Of a stretch of DNA of 64,000 bases, positions 1 to 10,699 are shown piece after piece (within the stretch, counting starts at the first letter, position 1; the number at the start of each line of letters is the position of its first letter). The position numbers and the translations under genes are program-made. The notes beneath the pieces are model-generated. The model was not told the origin of the DNA. It was given only the letters and a program-made list of their open reading frames with translations, and did no database searches. This DNA comes from Moniliella sp. 'wahieum' (taxonomy: Eukaryota). Where the stretch lies: contig RSEE01000105.1 in NCBI GenBank assembly GCA_003971905.1, forward strand, positions 1 through 64,000. The letters run 5' to 3'.

Positions 1-880
1 ATGAGCGGACGCAGCTGCGTGCGGACCGACTTAAGTTGGCCGGCCGTCTGAAGGAAGCTTCGAGTTTGATCGAGAAGATCGAGCAGGACCATCAACGTGC
101 TCGTCTCGAGGCACACGCGACGCGGAAATCTTTGCTGAAGCTACTGGTGAAGCTTCCGTTTGCAAGGGAAATCCAAAAGGCTAGGACGGAGGCTTTGTTC
201 TCCTCAAAAAAGGCTAAAAAGTAATATGACCATGCCATCTCTTCTCTCTCCCTGCCCTGTCCTGCTGCGCCCTGCCCTGCCTCTGAACTTGAAGCTGACG
301 TTCTTGTATAGCCAAGGTACATAGTTCTCCTTTGGTCTCTCAAACAGAGATCCAATTTACCCCCAATCGATCGCCCCCCCCCCACCGATCTTGTCGCACA
401 ACTCGACCTATCGTTCAACGTCCATCGTGGATCATTCATCGTTCATCGTTGGAATTGCTTGGCGGCTGCACGCCATGCGTCTCGTTTTCGCCACCCCCCC
501 TTGCCCGCCGCACTACCCCGAGAGGGCAACACTGCACCCAGCCAGATAGCGGTTCAGGATACATTTTGGACATACTCACCACTCGTGTGCGATGTCCAGG
601 TTTGCAGCACAAGGCTGACTTACTCTCAACTGTAGAATGCGCGCCACGGCCTCGGCGCAGAGACATTTCACCGCATCTCATTTCACTCATTAAGATACTC
701 ACCCCTGCCCCTGCTTCCAGCCCGCTCGATTCAGGTCTGCGTCCTGAGGTTCAGGACCTACCGTCCCACCTTGGCGAGGCAGGCAGAAGACGATTGCTGT
801 ATCCTTGGACTAGCCCGTCTCGACTCTCGTTTCGACTCTGGCCCCCCGGCTTAGCCCCGAGTGTGACAGGAAGACTGTGA
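1..880 (+). CDS. 3' part of an unidentified gene entering the window (coiled-coil exon, probable introns ~221-310 and ~587-634)
   Basis: Open frame from base 3 to 224 (ERTQLRADRLKLAGRLKEASSLIEKIEQDH..., heptad-like). GTAATA..GCTGAC..TAG and GTGCGA..GCTGAC..TAG intron-like segments follow. No family recognised; end uncertain. Confidence 0.3.
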
Positions 881-1646
881 GGCCTCAGAGCACCTAAGCA
901 CGGCATGCAGGCGACCTCGACGTTCAATTGAACGTGCTCACATCTCATTTCTCCCCTTTCAAGTTCAACAACCTCCGCACCGTCTGAGTATTAGTACCAT
1001 GTAACAACCGCGCGGCGATAGGCCCAGGCGGCGCAGTCACATGTCATAGCAGGGGAAATGGATTTGCTGCTGCTAAACTCCGTGGAGTATATAGCCATTG
1101 TGTTCGCCAACCAGCCTCTTCGAGATCAAGGGTGGTGCAGGGCAAACTGCTAACACCGTTGGCCTCAAACCGAATACACTGGGTGTGACATGTGACATGT
1201 GACGTGTCGCAGCACACGAGGTGGTTGCTGACATGCCTACAGCTGGCTCCGACATCATGCTGGGCTGAAGCTGAAGCTTCAAGTCAAGCTTGAAATCGAA
1301 GTGATGTATGATGGTGTGTGACATGTGACAGGTGACATCGTCGATGACCTCACCGACACCCCCGCCAACGCCCGTCTTTCGCCCGTGGGCGCGTGAGCCG
1401 CCGGGAGGGGGCGTCGTTCGCAATGGCGTAATGGCTGAATTGTGCGCTAGGATTGATTGTAGGCCGCTTACATCCGCCAACCGCCGAACCGCCGAACTCA
1501 TCCCCCTGCCAGCACAACCGCTCCCGGCGGTACTTAAGGTCCACGTTCCTCTTTGCTCAGCATTCGAACGTTCATACGCCCATCCCCTGCCTGCTTCCCC
1601 GCCTCCTCCTCCCTTCCAACTACCGCCCCTAGTGCACCTCCACCTC

Positions 1647-2914
1647 ATGTCCTCGATCGCCATCAAGAACTCTGACTTTGGCCTGTCGTACGCCGGCCAT
1701 CCTGTGCCCGGCACGGTGCAGCGCAGGAGCAAGCGCCGTTGCTCCTGCGTCCGATCCAGCTTCCGCCTCGGGCTTGACCCTGCGCAACCGTAGCGTCGTC
1801 GCCCCGCTGTGCATGTACTCTGGTTCCGACGGCTTTGTCTCGCCGTGGCAGCTGGTCCACCTCGGGTCCTTTGCCGTGCATGGTGTGGGCGCTATCGTGG
1901 TCGAGGACTGCTGTCGAGGCCCGCGGCCGCATTTCGCCGCAAGATCTAGGCCTGTGGAAGGACGAGCATGTGGAGGGTCATGAGTTTGGTCCGCACGCTC
2001 AAGCAACTTTCGCCTTCTGTCACGGTCGGGTGCAGTTGGCCCATGCCGGTCGGAAAGCCAGCTGCTGGGCACCTACCTGGCAGGGCCCACGTCCAACAGT
2101 GTGTACCCTACCAACGCGAAGGCGGGTGGGAAGATAATGTGGTAGGGCCCTTCCATTGCCCCAATTCCGCCGCTGTCGCTGCAAGGTGTGCAGAGGTGAA
2201 GCAAGCTTGGCTCGACGCAGCTGACCGCGCGTTCGCAGCGGGATACGACTTTATTGAAGTCCACTCGGCTCATGGGTACCTTCTCTCCTCCTTCCTTTCT
2301 CCCTTGAGCAACAAGCGTACCGACCAGTACGGCGGCAGCTACGAAAACCGTATTCGGCTCCTGTTGGAGATTGTCACGGAGATCCGGACCAAGTACCCGA
2401 CCAAGAGCGTCTGGGTCCGCGTTAACGGTACAGACTATGCCGAGGAGCTGGACGAAGCGTCCTGGACATCAGAAGATTCCGCGGCGCTCGCGCCGATCCT
2501 CGCGGATGCAGGGGTAGACGTAATGGACGTGTCAGCTGGCGGTAACACCCCGCGCCAAAAGTTGCCCGTTTACTCCTTTGCTTCTGGCCCGGGCTACCAG
2601 GCGTACTTGGCCGAGGCGGCAAGCAAGAAGCTCGCCGAAACGGGCAAGGCGGACAAACTCGTCGTGGGCAGCGTGGGCTTGTTGGAAGGCGGCGCGTTCC
2701 CGGGCGACGTGGCAGAACAAGTGTTGGAGAAGAGCAAGCTCAACTGATCTTTGTTGGGCGCGGGATGATGAAGGACCCTGCTTGGCTCGAGCACGCCGCA
2801 CTCGCCTTGACCCAGAACAAGGTGCGTGTGACGGGCGTGGCAGAGTACGAGTATGTGTTTAAGAAGTTGGACAAGCGCGCGGCCCGGGCGGCTGCGGCCG
2901 AGGCCAAGAAGTAA
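1647..2914 (+). CDS. NADH:flavin oxidoreductase / old yellow enzyme, YqjM(NamA)-like class
   Basis: Motifs across frameshifted ORFs: LTLRNRSVVAPLCMYS (C-x-Y fingerprint), VEARGRISPQDLGLW, QLAHAGRKAS, GYDFIEVHSAHGYLLSSFLSPLSNKRTDQYGGSYENR. ATG 1647, TAA 2912-2914. Confidence 0.92.
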
Positions 2915-4248
2915 AGTAAAGGTGCTGTTCGTACTACGCGGCATATTCTATGGGAATCCCCGCCCGATGCTCAGGGTGCGGATGCAATGAATGGCACACT
3001 GGACCGCACGCAGGCGTTTGTTGGTTGTGGAGAGCAAGTGACTAGTGAGGAGAAAGAGACGTGTGTGGCAGAGGATAGCAAAGCCGGCCTGGCACTGATC
3101 GTTGGGGGGCTTCTTGCGTGCACAACACACGCGGGATGTATGTGTTGGAAAGGAGGTGGGGAGGCACTGTTAGCAGGGGCCGTGGCGCAAGTGGGGGTGG
3201 ATGGGGCGAGCAGGCCGAGACCAGAGAGGAAGAGCCTCAGTCAAGCAAGATCCACCGGTAGGACACTTGCTGCCATTGCGGACCGACTGAACCAACTAGA
3301 ATTTTGTCTCGCACGTAGAGTTAATCTCCGCGGGGTGGGTGCACAATTACATAAGGTGGGTGGACGTGCCCACAACCCTAGTGCTGTGGGTACAGGCACT
3401 GTGCAGGCAGTGTGGGCTGATTAGTGGGTGCCTGCTGCCCACCCGCTTGCGTGGCCTGGTGGTTGGCCAGTGGCCGGTGGGCACTGGGCGGACGGGGTAT
3501 AAAACACCCGTCCAGCACTTGCCTTCCTCCCTCTTTCCCCCACCCACTGCCCAGCCCAGGCGCCCCTCTCCACGCGTTTGTCTCCTGGCCGTGGCGCCCA
3601 CGGGGCTGCATGCGTGGAGCACGACACCCGTCGATGCACATGCACCCCTCCCACGGCCAGGACAAGAGCGGGCACCGGCTCTTGTCAAGGCGGTCGGGGC
3701 CAGGTGGTGGTTCCACGCGGGTACGGGGTGAGGAGTTGGGTACTTTGTCCGCCCCTCCTGTCGGCGCTCCCACGGGCAAGACAACTCACCCCTCGTCCCG
3801 TCCCTCGCGTGGGGCCACAACCTGCGTTTGGTTGGGACGATTAAGCAAGACGGGCAAGGTTTGAACACATTGGCTGGGACAACACTTGTCTCGGTACATG
3901 AACTTTGGAACGTACGGCGTGCGCAAGGGGAGCAGCGGGAGTGCTGGCTCGCTTTAGCATGAGCAAGAAATGGTGATGGGTGCCCAGGTGCTACGCTACG
4001 TGCGGCATATGTTTTGTCCGACTGCCGAACCGAAACGAAAGGTGGCTAGTAGGCGGTTGCCGTGCGTGGTGGTGGTTTGGGTGGGTGGTCGTGAAGAATC
4101 GTCAAGACGATGATTTGAATTTGGGGGTTTGCTGGGTTTGCCCTGGCCTTTTCCGGTCACGAAAAAAAGCGTTAAAAAACCAGTTGTCGAATCGGGGTAC
4201 TATGCGACTGTACCCCCCTCCCCTGTTGAACGGTTGCGGGTTATCCAG

Positions 4249-4810
4249 CGCGCCAAGATGGACTTGGCCCGAAAAAACCTTCGTTTACGCACTGCGAGTG
4301 CTGGTTAGGTTAGGGGTGATCCTGCGCGCCAAGATGGACTTGGCCCGAAAAAACCCTGGTTTATGCACTGCGAGTGCTGGTTAGGTTAGGGGTGATCCTG
4401 CGCGCCAAGATGGGCTTGGCCCGAAAAAACCCTGGTTTATGCACTGCGAGTGCTGGTTAGGTTAGGGGTGATCCCGAAAAACCCTGGTTTATGCACTGCG
4501 AGTGCTTGTGAAGGTTGGGGGTGATCCTGCGCGCCAAGATGGACTTGGTCCGAAAAAACCCTGGTTTATGCACTGCGAGTGCTGGTTAGGTTAGGGGTGA
4601 TCCCGAAAAACCCTGGTTTATGCACTGCGAGTGCTTGTGAAGGTTGGGGGTGATCCTGCGCGCCAAGATGGACTTGGTCCGAAAAACCCCTGGTTTACCG
4701 CTCGTGTTTGGACATTGGATCCAGAGCTGGTTATGGCAGTGCGACTGCCGGTGAAGAGGTTACGGGTACTCCTGCGCGCCAAGATGGACTTCTGGCCCGA
4801 AAAACCCTTG
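4249..4810. repeat. 76-bp tandem satellite with a 129-bp higher-order duplication
   Basis: Unit CGCGCCAAGATGGACTTGGCCCGAAAAAACCCTGGTTTATGCACTGCGAGTGCTGGTTAGGTTAGGGGTGATCCTG at 4249-4324 and 4325-4400. Blocks 4401-4529 and 4530-4658 (full + shortened unit) are near-identical; partial units run to ~4810. Confidence 0.95.
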
Positions 4811-5572
4811 ATGAGGCAATGAAGCCTGTTTGCACCACGATCGGTGCTTGATTGATGCGATGCTGATCGCATCTCAGTGAATGTGAGGTGAGGCGACCGA
4901 TTGTCCTGCCTCCCTCTTGACCGCCGTCCTTTTTGTGTGGACTACTGAGTTGGTTCTCCTGGACCCCAAACCGCTACCTTCCTTTCTCGACTACGATGTG
5001 GTCGTGTGGATGGTAAGCTGTGCCCCCAAACCGTCAGAGTGCTCAAAACCAATGAAAGTTCCTCCTTTGAGGTGGAACCTGCTCCCCCCCCCTCTCGCCG
5101 TCATCCAATGGTTCCATGTACCCCTCGATTTTGTCAAGAGACGTTGTCCGCCCCTGGTGCCTCGGCTCGGTCCAGCGACCGTGCTGACATGTGACATTGT
5201 GGGCAGCTGGCCCTCGTTCTCCTTGCCCCTTTCCTCGTCTTGCCTCCCCCAGTCCAAACTGGGAGGGGGTTTTGGCTTCCCTGTACTGCTCTTCTCTGTT
5301 GAGTTGAATCAATAGGAGACGTCCGTTGCTCCCGGACGTGTCTGTTGGGACGTCTTTCCCCCCCCATCATCTATCTTATGCTGTAGCCTCGCTGCATAGG
5401 TTCTATAGCTTGGGAATGGTCTAGCCTTTCCTATGACCACGACCAGTGGGAACGGCGGGAACGGTAGTTGAGACGTTGAGGGCCAGGGCAAAAAGAGCAA
5501 GCATCCTCTGCTCAAAAGAGATGATTTCTTAGAGGGATGGGTATGGACAACGGGTTCAGTTCGGATCGTCAA

Positions 5573-6771
5573 CTAGACGAGCAGCAACAGATAGGCGTTT
5601 TGGAAGGTAGTGCTAGTCCGCGCCAGCGCCGAGAGGGCGACAATAGCAAGAAATGTAAATGGCCACGCGCGGTAGAGCGCCGCGACGCCTTCCGTTGCGA
5701 CGATCTGGCGTCCCAGGGCCCAAGGTGAGTATGAGGCCCTGGCTCCGCCGTCGGCTCCGCCGTCGGCTCCGGCCCCGGCTCCGGTACTGGCCCCGGCACT
5801 GGCCCTGGCACTGGCTCCAGCACTGGCCGCGCTGCTCTGGCCTTCTTCTTCCCGTAGTGCCAGCCGGACGAGGCGATTGGATGCCGAGGGCAAGTGATCC
5901 GTGGCGAACCGGACAAAGAGCGTGTGAAGCGGGACGAGAAGTAGAGTGAGAAGCAGATTGACCGCCATGACGCACCACAGGTCCATTTCTTCGGACCACG
6001 CTCGCTCCGAGTCCGAGTCGGACACTGAATCCCACTCCCTTTGTCCCGGCCACTGGCTGGGCCACTGGCTGGCTAAACGAGGCAAACCGACTTGCGTCGC
6101 AGCCAGAGCGAGCAGGACCAAGCTCACCTCCAGTACGAGGCATACCACTGCACCCCGTTGCGCCCGCAAAGCCGAACCTGAACCTAAGGGCAGCGGGGGC
6201 GAGCTGGGCGCGGACCAAGTTGCGTCCCAAGGTTTAGGTATGCGCACCGTACTGTCCGAAGCAAGTATTGCTCTTCGTACCGCATACAAGCGCGAGGGAA
6301 CGTGCAGCGAAGCCAGGAGCTGCACTACGAATAGGACTTGGCCCCATGTTGGCATAGTCCAGCTGAACCGCGCCATGACCAAGCTCCAGGCTGCCAGACG
6401 GAGTATCCCGTACCCCACCCCCGAGTCGTACAACACTTTACCCCCCCCCCGCTTGCCCCAGCGGCACCACGTCTACGCGCATTGGGATTGGGAGTGGGAT
6501 TGGAATTGGGATTGAGGTTGGAGTTGGAGTTGGGACGGGGACTGGGACGTGGACCAGCGAGAGAAGCAGCGAGCATAGTGCCGACCCTTGGTGGTGGGTG
6601 GGGAGGAGGTGCATAGCTAGCTCGAACACGCACGATGGTTGTTCGGACCGGTTCGAGCACGAGCACGAGGACGAACGCGAGGCCGGCCAGGACCTTGGCT
6701 CGGTCCGCGACCGGAAGCGTGTCCAGCCGCACTAGTGCGTCGTGCACCCAGCCAAGTGGGGCGGGCAGCAT
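5573..6771 (-). CDS. Degenerate mitochondrial-carrier-like membrane protein
   Basis: ORFs 6325-6969 and 5573-6436 join by a frameshift at the C run at 6441-6450. Hydrophobic helices with carrier-like signatures LEPVRTTIVRVRA, VPLHTLFVRF and QIVATEGVAALYRAW. Confidence 0.55.
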
Positions 6772-6805
6772 CCTGAGATGGAGCTGTGGGTGGGAAGGTG
6801 AAAAG

Positions 6806-6862
6806 GTGTGGAGGTGTGGAGGTGTGAGGTGTGGAGGTGTGGAGGTGTGGAGGTGTGGATGT
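6806..6862. repeat. (GGAGGTGT)n microsatellite upstream of the carrier-like gene
   Basis: gtgtggaggtgtggaggtgtgaggtgtggaggtgtggaggtgtggaggtgtgg. Confidence 0.85.
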
Positions 6863-7263
6863 GAGAAGGTAGCTAGCGTATGGTGGTACGTGTGCATCGG
6901 AGGCATCACGTGCGTCACGCACCAGCCACCGACTGATTGGATTGAATATGAACTCGTCCGCCCGTCCAACTATACCGTTGGTGGCTTCTGCCACCTGGCC
7001 ACGCCATTCGCCCTGTGGCCCCAACTGAGTGATTTCCCACGCACCTCACCGAGCTAGATCCCCTCGTGCGCTGTCTTCACCATTCGCTTCGCCATTCTAC
7101 CCTACACCAGCACAGCACCTGCCTACATCAATCTACCTCAATGGCACCCCATTGCATCGCATCGCATCGCATAGTATCGCATCGCATTAGCTTCCCCTCT
7201 CTTGGAGCCCACCTCGCACCGCACCCGCACGACAGACGCAGACGCATCCCCAGCGGGTCCACC

Positions 7264-10013
7264 TCACCTCAACCGCCCCGTCGCACGCCTCGCCTCGTCA
7301 CGCAAGAACGCCATGACCTGAGCGGAGGACCAAGCGTCCGGTCCAGCGGGGCGGACAAACCACTGCCCTGCGCCCGGGACATCGACTTTGGTCAAGAAGC
7401 GCGGGGCCAAACGAACGAGCATGTCGAGCGCCGCCTCGGCGTCAGACGGGGTAGCAGGGGAATGGGTACCAAGTGCAGTTTGGGCCGTAGCCAAAACTTC
7501 GCGCGCAGGTTTACGTGTTCCGCTCCCTGTGCGTCCCAGTGCACCCAGACCCAGTGACGACGGCGCAAACAGCGCTGCGAGCGAGGCGGCGACACTAGGC
7601 AGACGCGATAAGATGGACGTTTCTCTAGGTCCGGAGTGGGACGCGGACCCGCTTGGACGCGCTTGTGCCGCAGCTTGTTTCGCTCGGATACGTTCGGCCA
7701 AACTCGCCCCGCGCGCAGCGGCGTTGGCTCGGGTCAACGCCGGGCCCGCAACGGGGGTGGATGCCTTGGTTGGACTGGCTGGGCTGGTTGGGTTGGTGGA
7801 GCTTGTGTGCGTGGCAGGGCTGCTGGGGGGAAGATGGGCACGCGCACGGGCAAAGCGGGGAGGGGCAGGGATGTCTTGCAACGCCTTGGGCGGGTCGAGC
7901 ATCAAGGAAGGCAATTGAGCTCTCGGCACGGGCGGAACGGAGGCTAAGTTGTATCCTGGTGGCCAGGCGTTGAGAACAGGACCCGTGGTGGATACGGGGT
8001 CGGTACCCATGACCGAAGGTAACAATACAGGGCGCTTTTCCGCGCGTTTCCCCGTCGAGCGGGACCGGGGGGACGTGGGCGAGAAGGGAGCCGAAGCGAC
8101 CAAGGTGGAGGTGGAGGAAGCGAGCGAGGGCGCCAACGTCGAATGGGTGTCCTGTGGCGCCTGGGCCGGTAACGTCGCTTCAAATTGTTGCATTGCCCTG
8201 CGCTTCAACCGAGCCGACACGGTCGCCCTGCGCGTCTCGACGCCCATTTGCCATTGCGCCGTAAGCGCCATCAAGTCTGTTGGTTTGGGCAGTGTCCTGC
8301 GTCCTGAGGCCGACGGAGACGGGGAGGAAGATCGTTGGAACGGGTCCGGCACCGAAAGGGCCGCTAACGGTACTTCCAACCCCAACGCCCAATCGTACGT
8401 GCCACCAGGCAACTTGGTCCGTTCCAAAACGAATCCCATTCCAGCCAGCTCGTCTAGCTGGCCGGCAGGCGGGTCAGACAGAGGTGCATGGCCCTGCCAG
8501 TCGAGGCGGGCTTGGCCATTGGTCCAGAGCCAGGCGAGTTGGGCCAGCTGTACTTTCCCCAGCGCACGCGCGCGGGAGGAACGTGTGGGACATTGTCGAA
8601 CGAGATGTTGCAGCATACTGTAATGAACCGCACGATGCAATCGGACAACGGTACCTTTCGGACGTTCCACCCGCTCCACTGAGCCCGAGTGGGAAGCAGT
8701 AGCCAAACGCGACACGAGCGAGGTCTCCACCGCTCTCTCCAACAAGGCCTCGTAGTGCGGCGGCAAGGCCAGTGCTGGACCAAACGTATGAATCGGCGGT
8801 GGAAGGGACGCATTTTGTCGCTGCAGTGCCTCGGGCGGGTCGGTGTGCTCTTGGAACGGATTAGCAGAGGCAGAGGTATCCCCCACGTTCTTTCCCGGTA
8901 AAGGAATGTAGAACGCCTTCTCCATAGGTTCTCGGTCCCTGTCCATACGGGCCTTTTTACGCGGCGGAGGCGCAGAGAAACGAGCGCTCTTACGGGGCGT
9001 GCAAACAGGCGCATTGGCCATGGCCAATTGCTCACGTACCTTGCGCGGAGTAATGATATCATCGTCGTCCCACTCCTCCTCCCTGCGGCGGGAGTAGGCC
9101 ATACGGAGCTCCGGCACGGGCTGGGGCTCCTCCGCCTCGGCGCGAGCTGCGCGCGCAATGGCCGCAGATGGAAGAAGGGCAGCATTTGGAGTGGGAGTAG
9201 GGATAGAGGTAGGGGTGGGGGACGCCTGTCGGCCAGTGGGACCGGGACGAGCGACGAGGAGCGGAGAGGTGGAAGCGCTGGTCTGGCTCTTGCCACTCTC
9301 AGGGACGACGCGGACGCCTGCCCCTGCGCCGGGGGTGAATCCAAACACGGTACGGGAACGGGTGGAGGAGCCCGCGGAGCCGGGGGTACGAGAGGTAGCG
9401 GTAGCGGCGGTGGACGAGGGCGTATCGACTTCGGGGACAAACTCAGTTGCGTCCAGGTCAATGTCCGTATCCGATTCGTCTGCCTCGGACTCAGCCAGGT
9501 CGGGCAGGAGCATGGTGCGTGGCGTGGGGCGGCGGTGAGGGCGCGGTGGAGGCGTCGTGGATGGGGCAGTGGTGCTGCAGGCAGGGCGATCGGGTGGCGG
9601 GGAGAGATGCGGAGGTAAAGCTTGCGTGTGTCCGGATCCTCGCGCACCGACAGCGGCGGCGGCGTGCCCAAGGGCTCCAGCAGCTCCAGGGGGCCCTCGT
9701 CGTGCGACTGGGCATCGCGGTGGTCGCTGTCGGACGGGTGCGGAGAGCGAGAGGGGGAATGAGCGGGGCGCGGGCGCGGACGAGGGAGCGCAGCGGCGTG
9801 GTCGATGGCCGGGCGCTCGTCGGCGCGCGGACGGCGGAGGCCAGCGTCGTCGGCGGTGGGCTTGGGGCGCGGACGGAGGCGCGCGCGGGCAGAGTCGGAG
9901 CGGGTACGAGCGGCAGCAGAGAAGTACGCGCCCAGATCGGCGTGCTCGCGGTGGGCGGGCATGCCGGGGACGTCGACGTCGGTGGTGGCAGCCAAAGCCG
10001 AAGCGGCGGCCAT
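7264..10013 (-). CDS. CDT1: DNA replication licensing factor Cdt1-like protein
   Basis: 749-aa ORF ending in SLAERIRAKQ ... SILSRLPSVAASL ... AEAALDMLVRLAPRFL (Cdt1 C-terminal winged-helix pattern), with LPPHYEALL at the start of the middle domain. N-terminus probably extends by frameshift to the ATG at 10013. Confidence 0.72.
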
Positions 10014-10699
10014 CGACAGCAGAAACGAGGCAGGCAAGCCAACGCCGCTACGCGCCCCCGCCTGCCGCCGTGTGCCGCACGCGGGCCTCGCACCCCGCCA
10101 GTGTGCTGCAGTGTATGCTCATCTCTGCAGCCCGAGTTCCGCGCGTTTCAGGTCCGCACACTGCCCCCGCGCCGGTAGGGTTACGCCTGCGCACGCGCCC
10201 ATTTAATTTCCACCGCCATTATCGCCATCTGTCTAACCTTACGCCTTTGTTCGCAGCAAACACGATCATAGCAAACAGCGGGAGTATTCTCCCAATTGCA
10301 TTCTTTCGGCCAGCGCGTTGTGGTTGCACAACCCACGCCGCTAACCACACCTCCCATGATGCACTCTTGAGTACCTTGAGGCAGTAGTAACGTGTGGATG
10401 ACGCCTGCCGTGTAACGTGGTTAACTCCATGAACGTACCATGAACGATGATCATGCCATTTACAGACCTTAAGGCCTAAGGCTGGGACGATGAGGCGCAA
10501 CACTATGAGTCGCTCGCTCATACGGCATTTGGTTCTCGTTCCTGTTTGGTTCGAGCCCCGAGTGACCCACCTAAAAAAAACGAAACGGGCAACATAGAGG
10601 CGGGGGGGTTGGGTACATGCGCTAGGGCTTAAAGAGAGAAGAACGCACAGAGAGAGACAGGAGAGTACAATTCTGATCCCATCGCGATTGGATGGGCAG

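Noticed and set aside
4180..4212. Tc1/mariner-like end (...GCGACTG|TA)
   Set aside because: No partner inverted repeat or transposase found in the window.
4300..4660. True telomere
   Set aside because: Only about two TTAGG(G) units per monomer, interstitial, with genes on both sides.
4249..4810. CRISPR-like array or tRNA array
   Set aside because: No unique spacers, no cas genes, eukaryotic context; the unit is tRNA-sized but has no cloverleaf or B-box.
10135..10200. MCB/E2F-like CGCG elements upstream of Cdt1
   Set aside because: Plausible, but CGCG is too frequent in this GC-rich DNA to support a call.
10530..10575. tRNA gene at GGTTCGAGCCCCG (also 47580)
   Set aside because: The T-stem does not pair, and there is no A-box, acceptor stem or oligo-T terminator.
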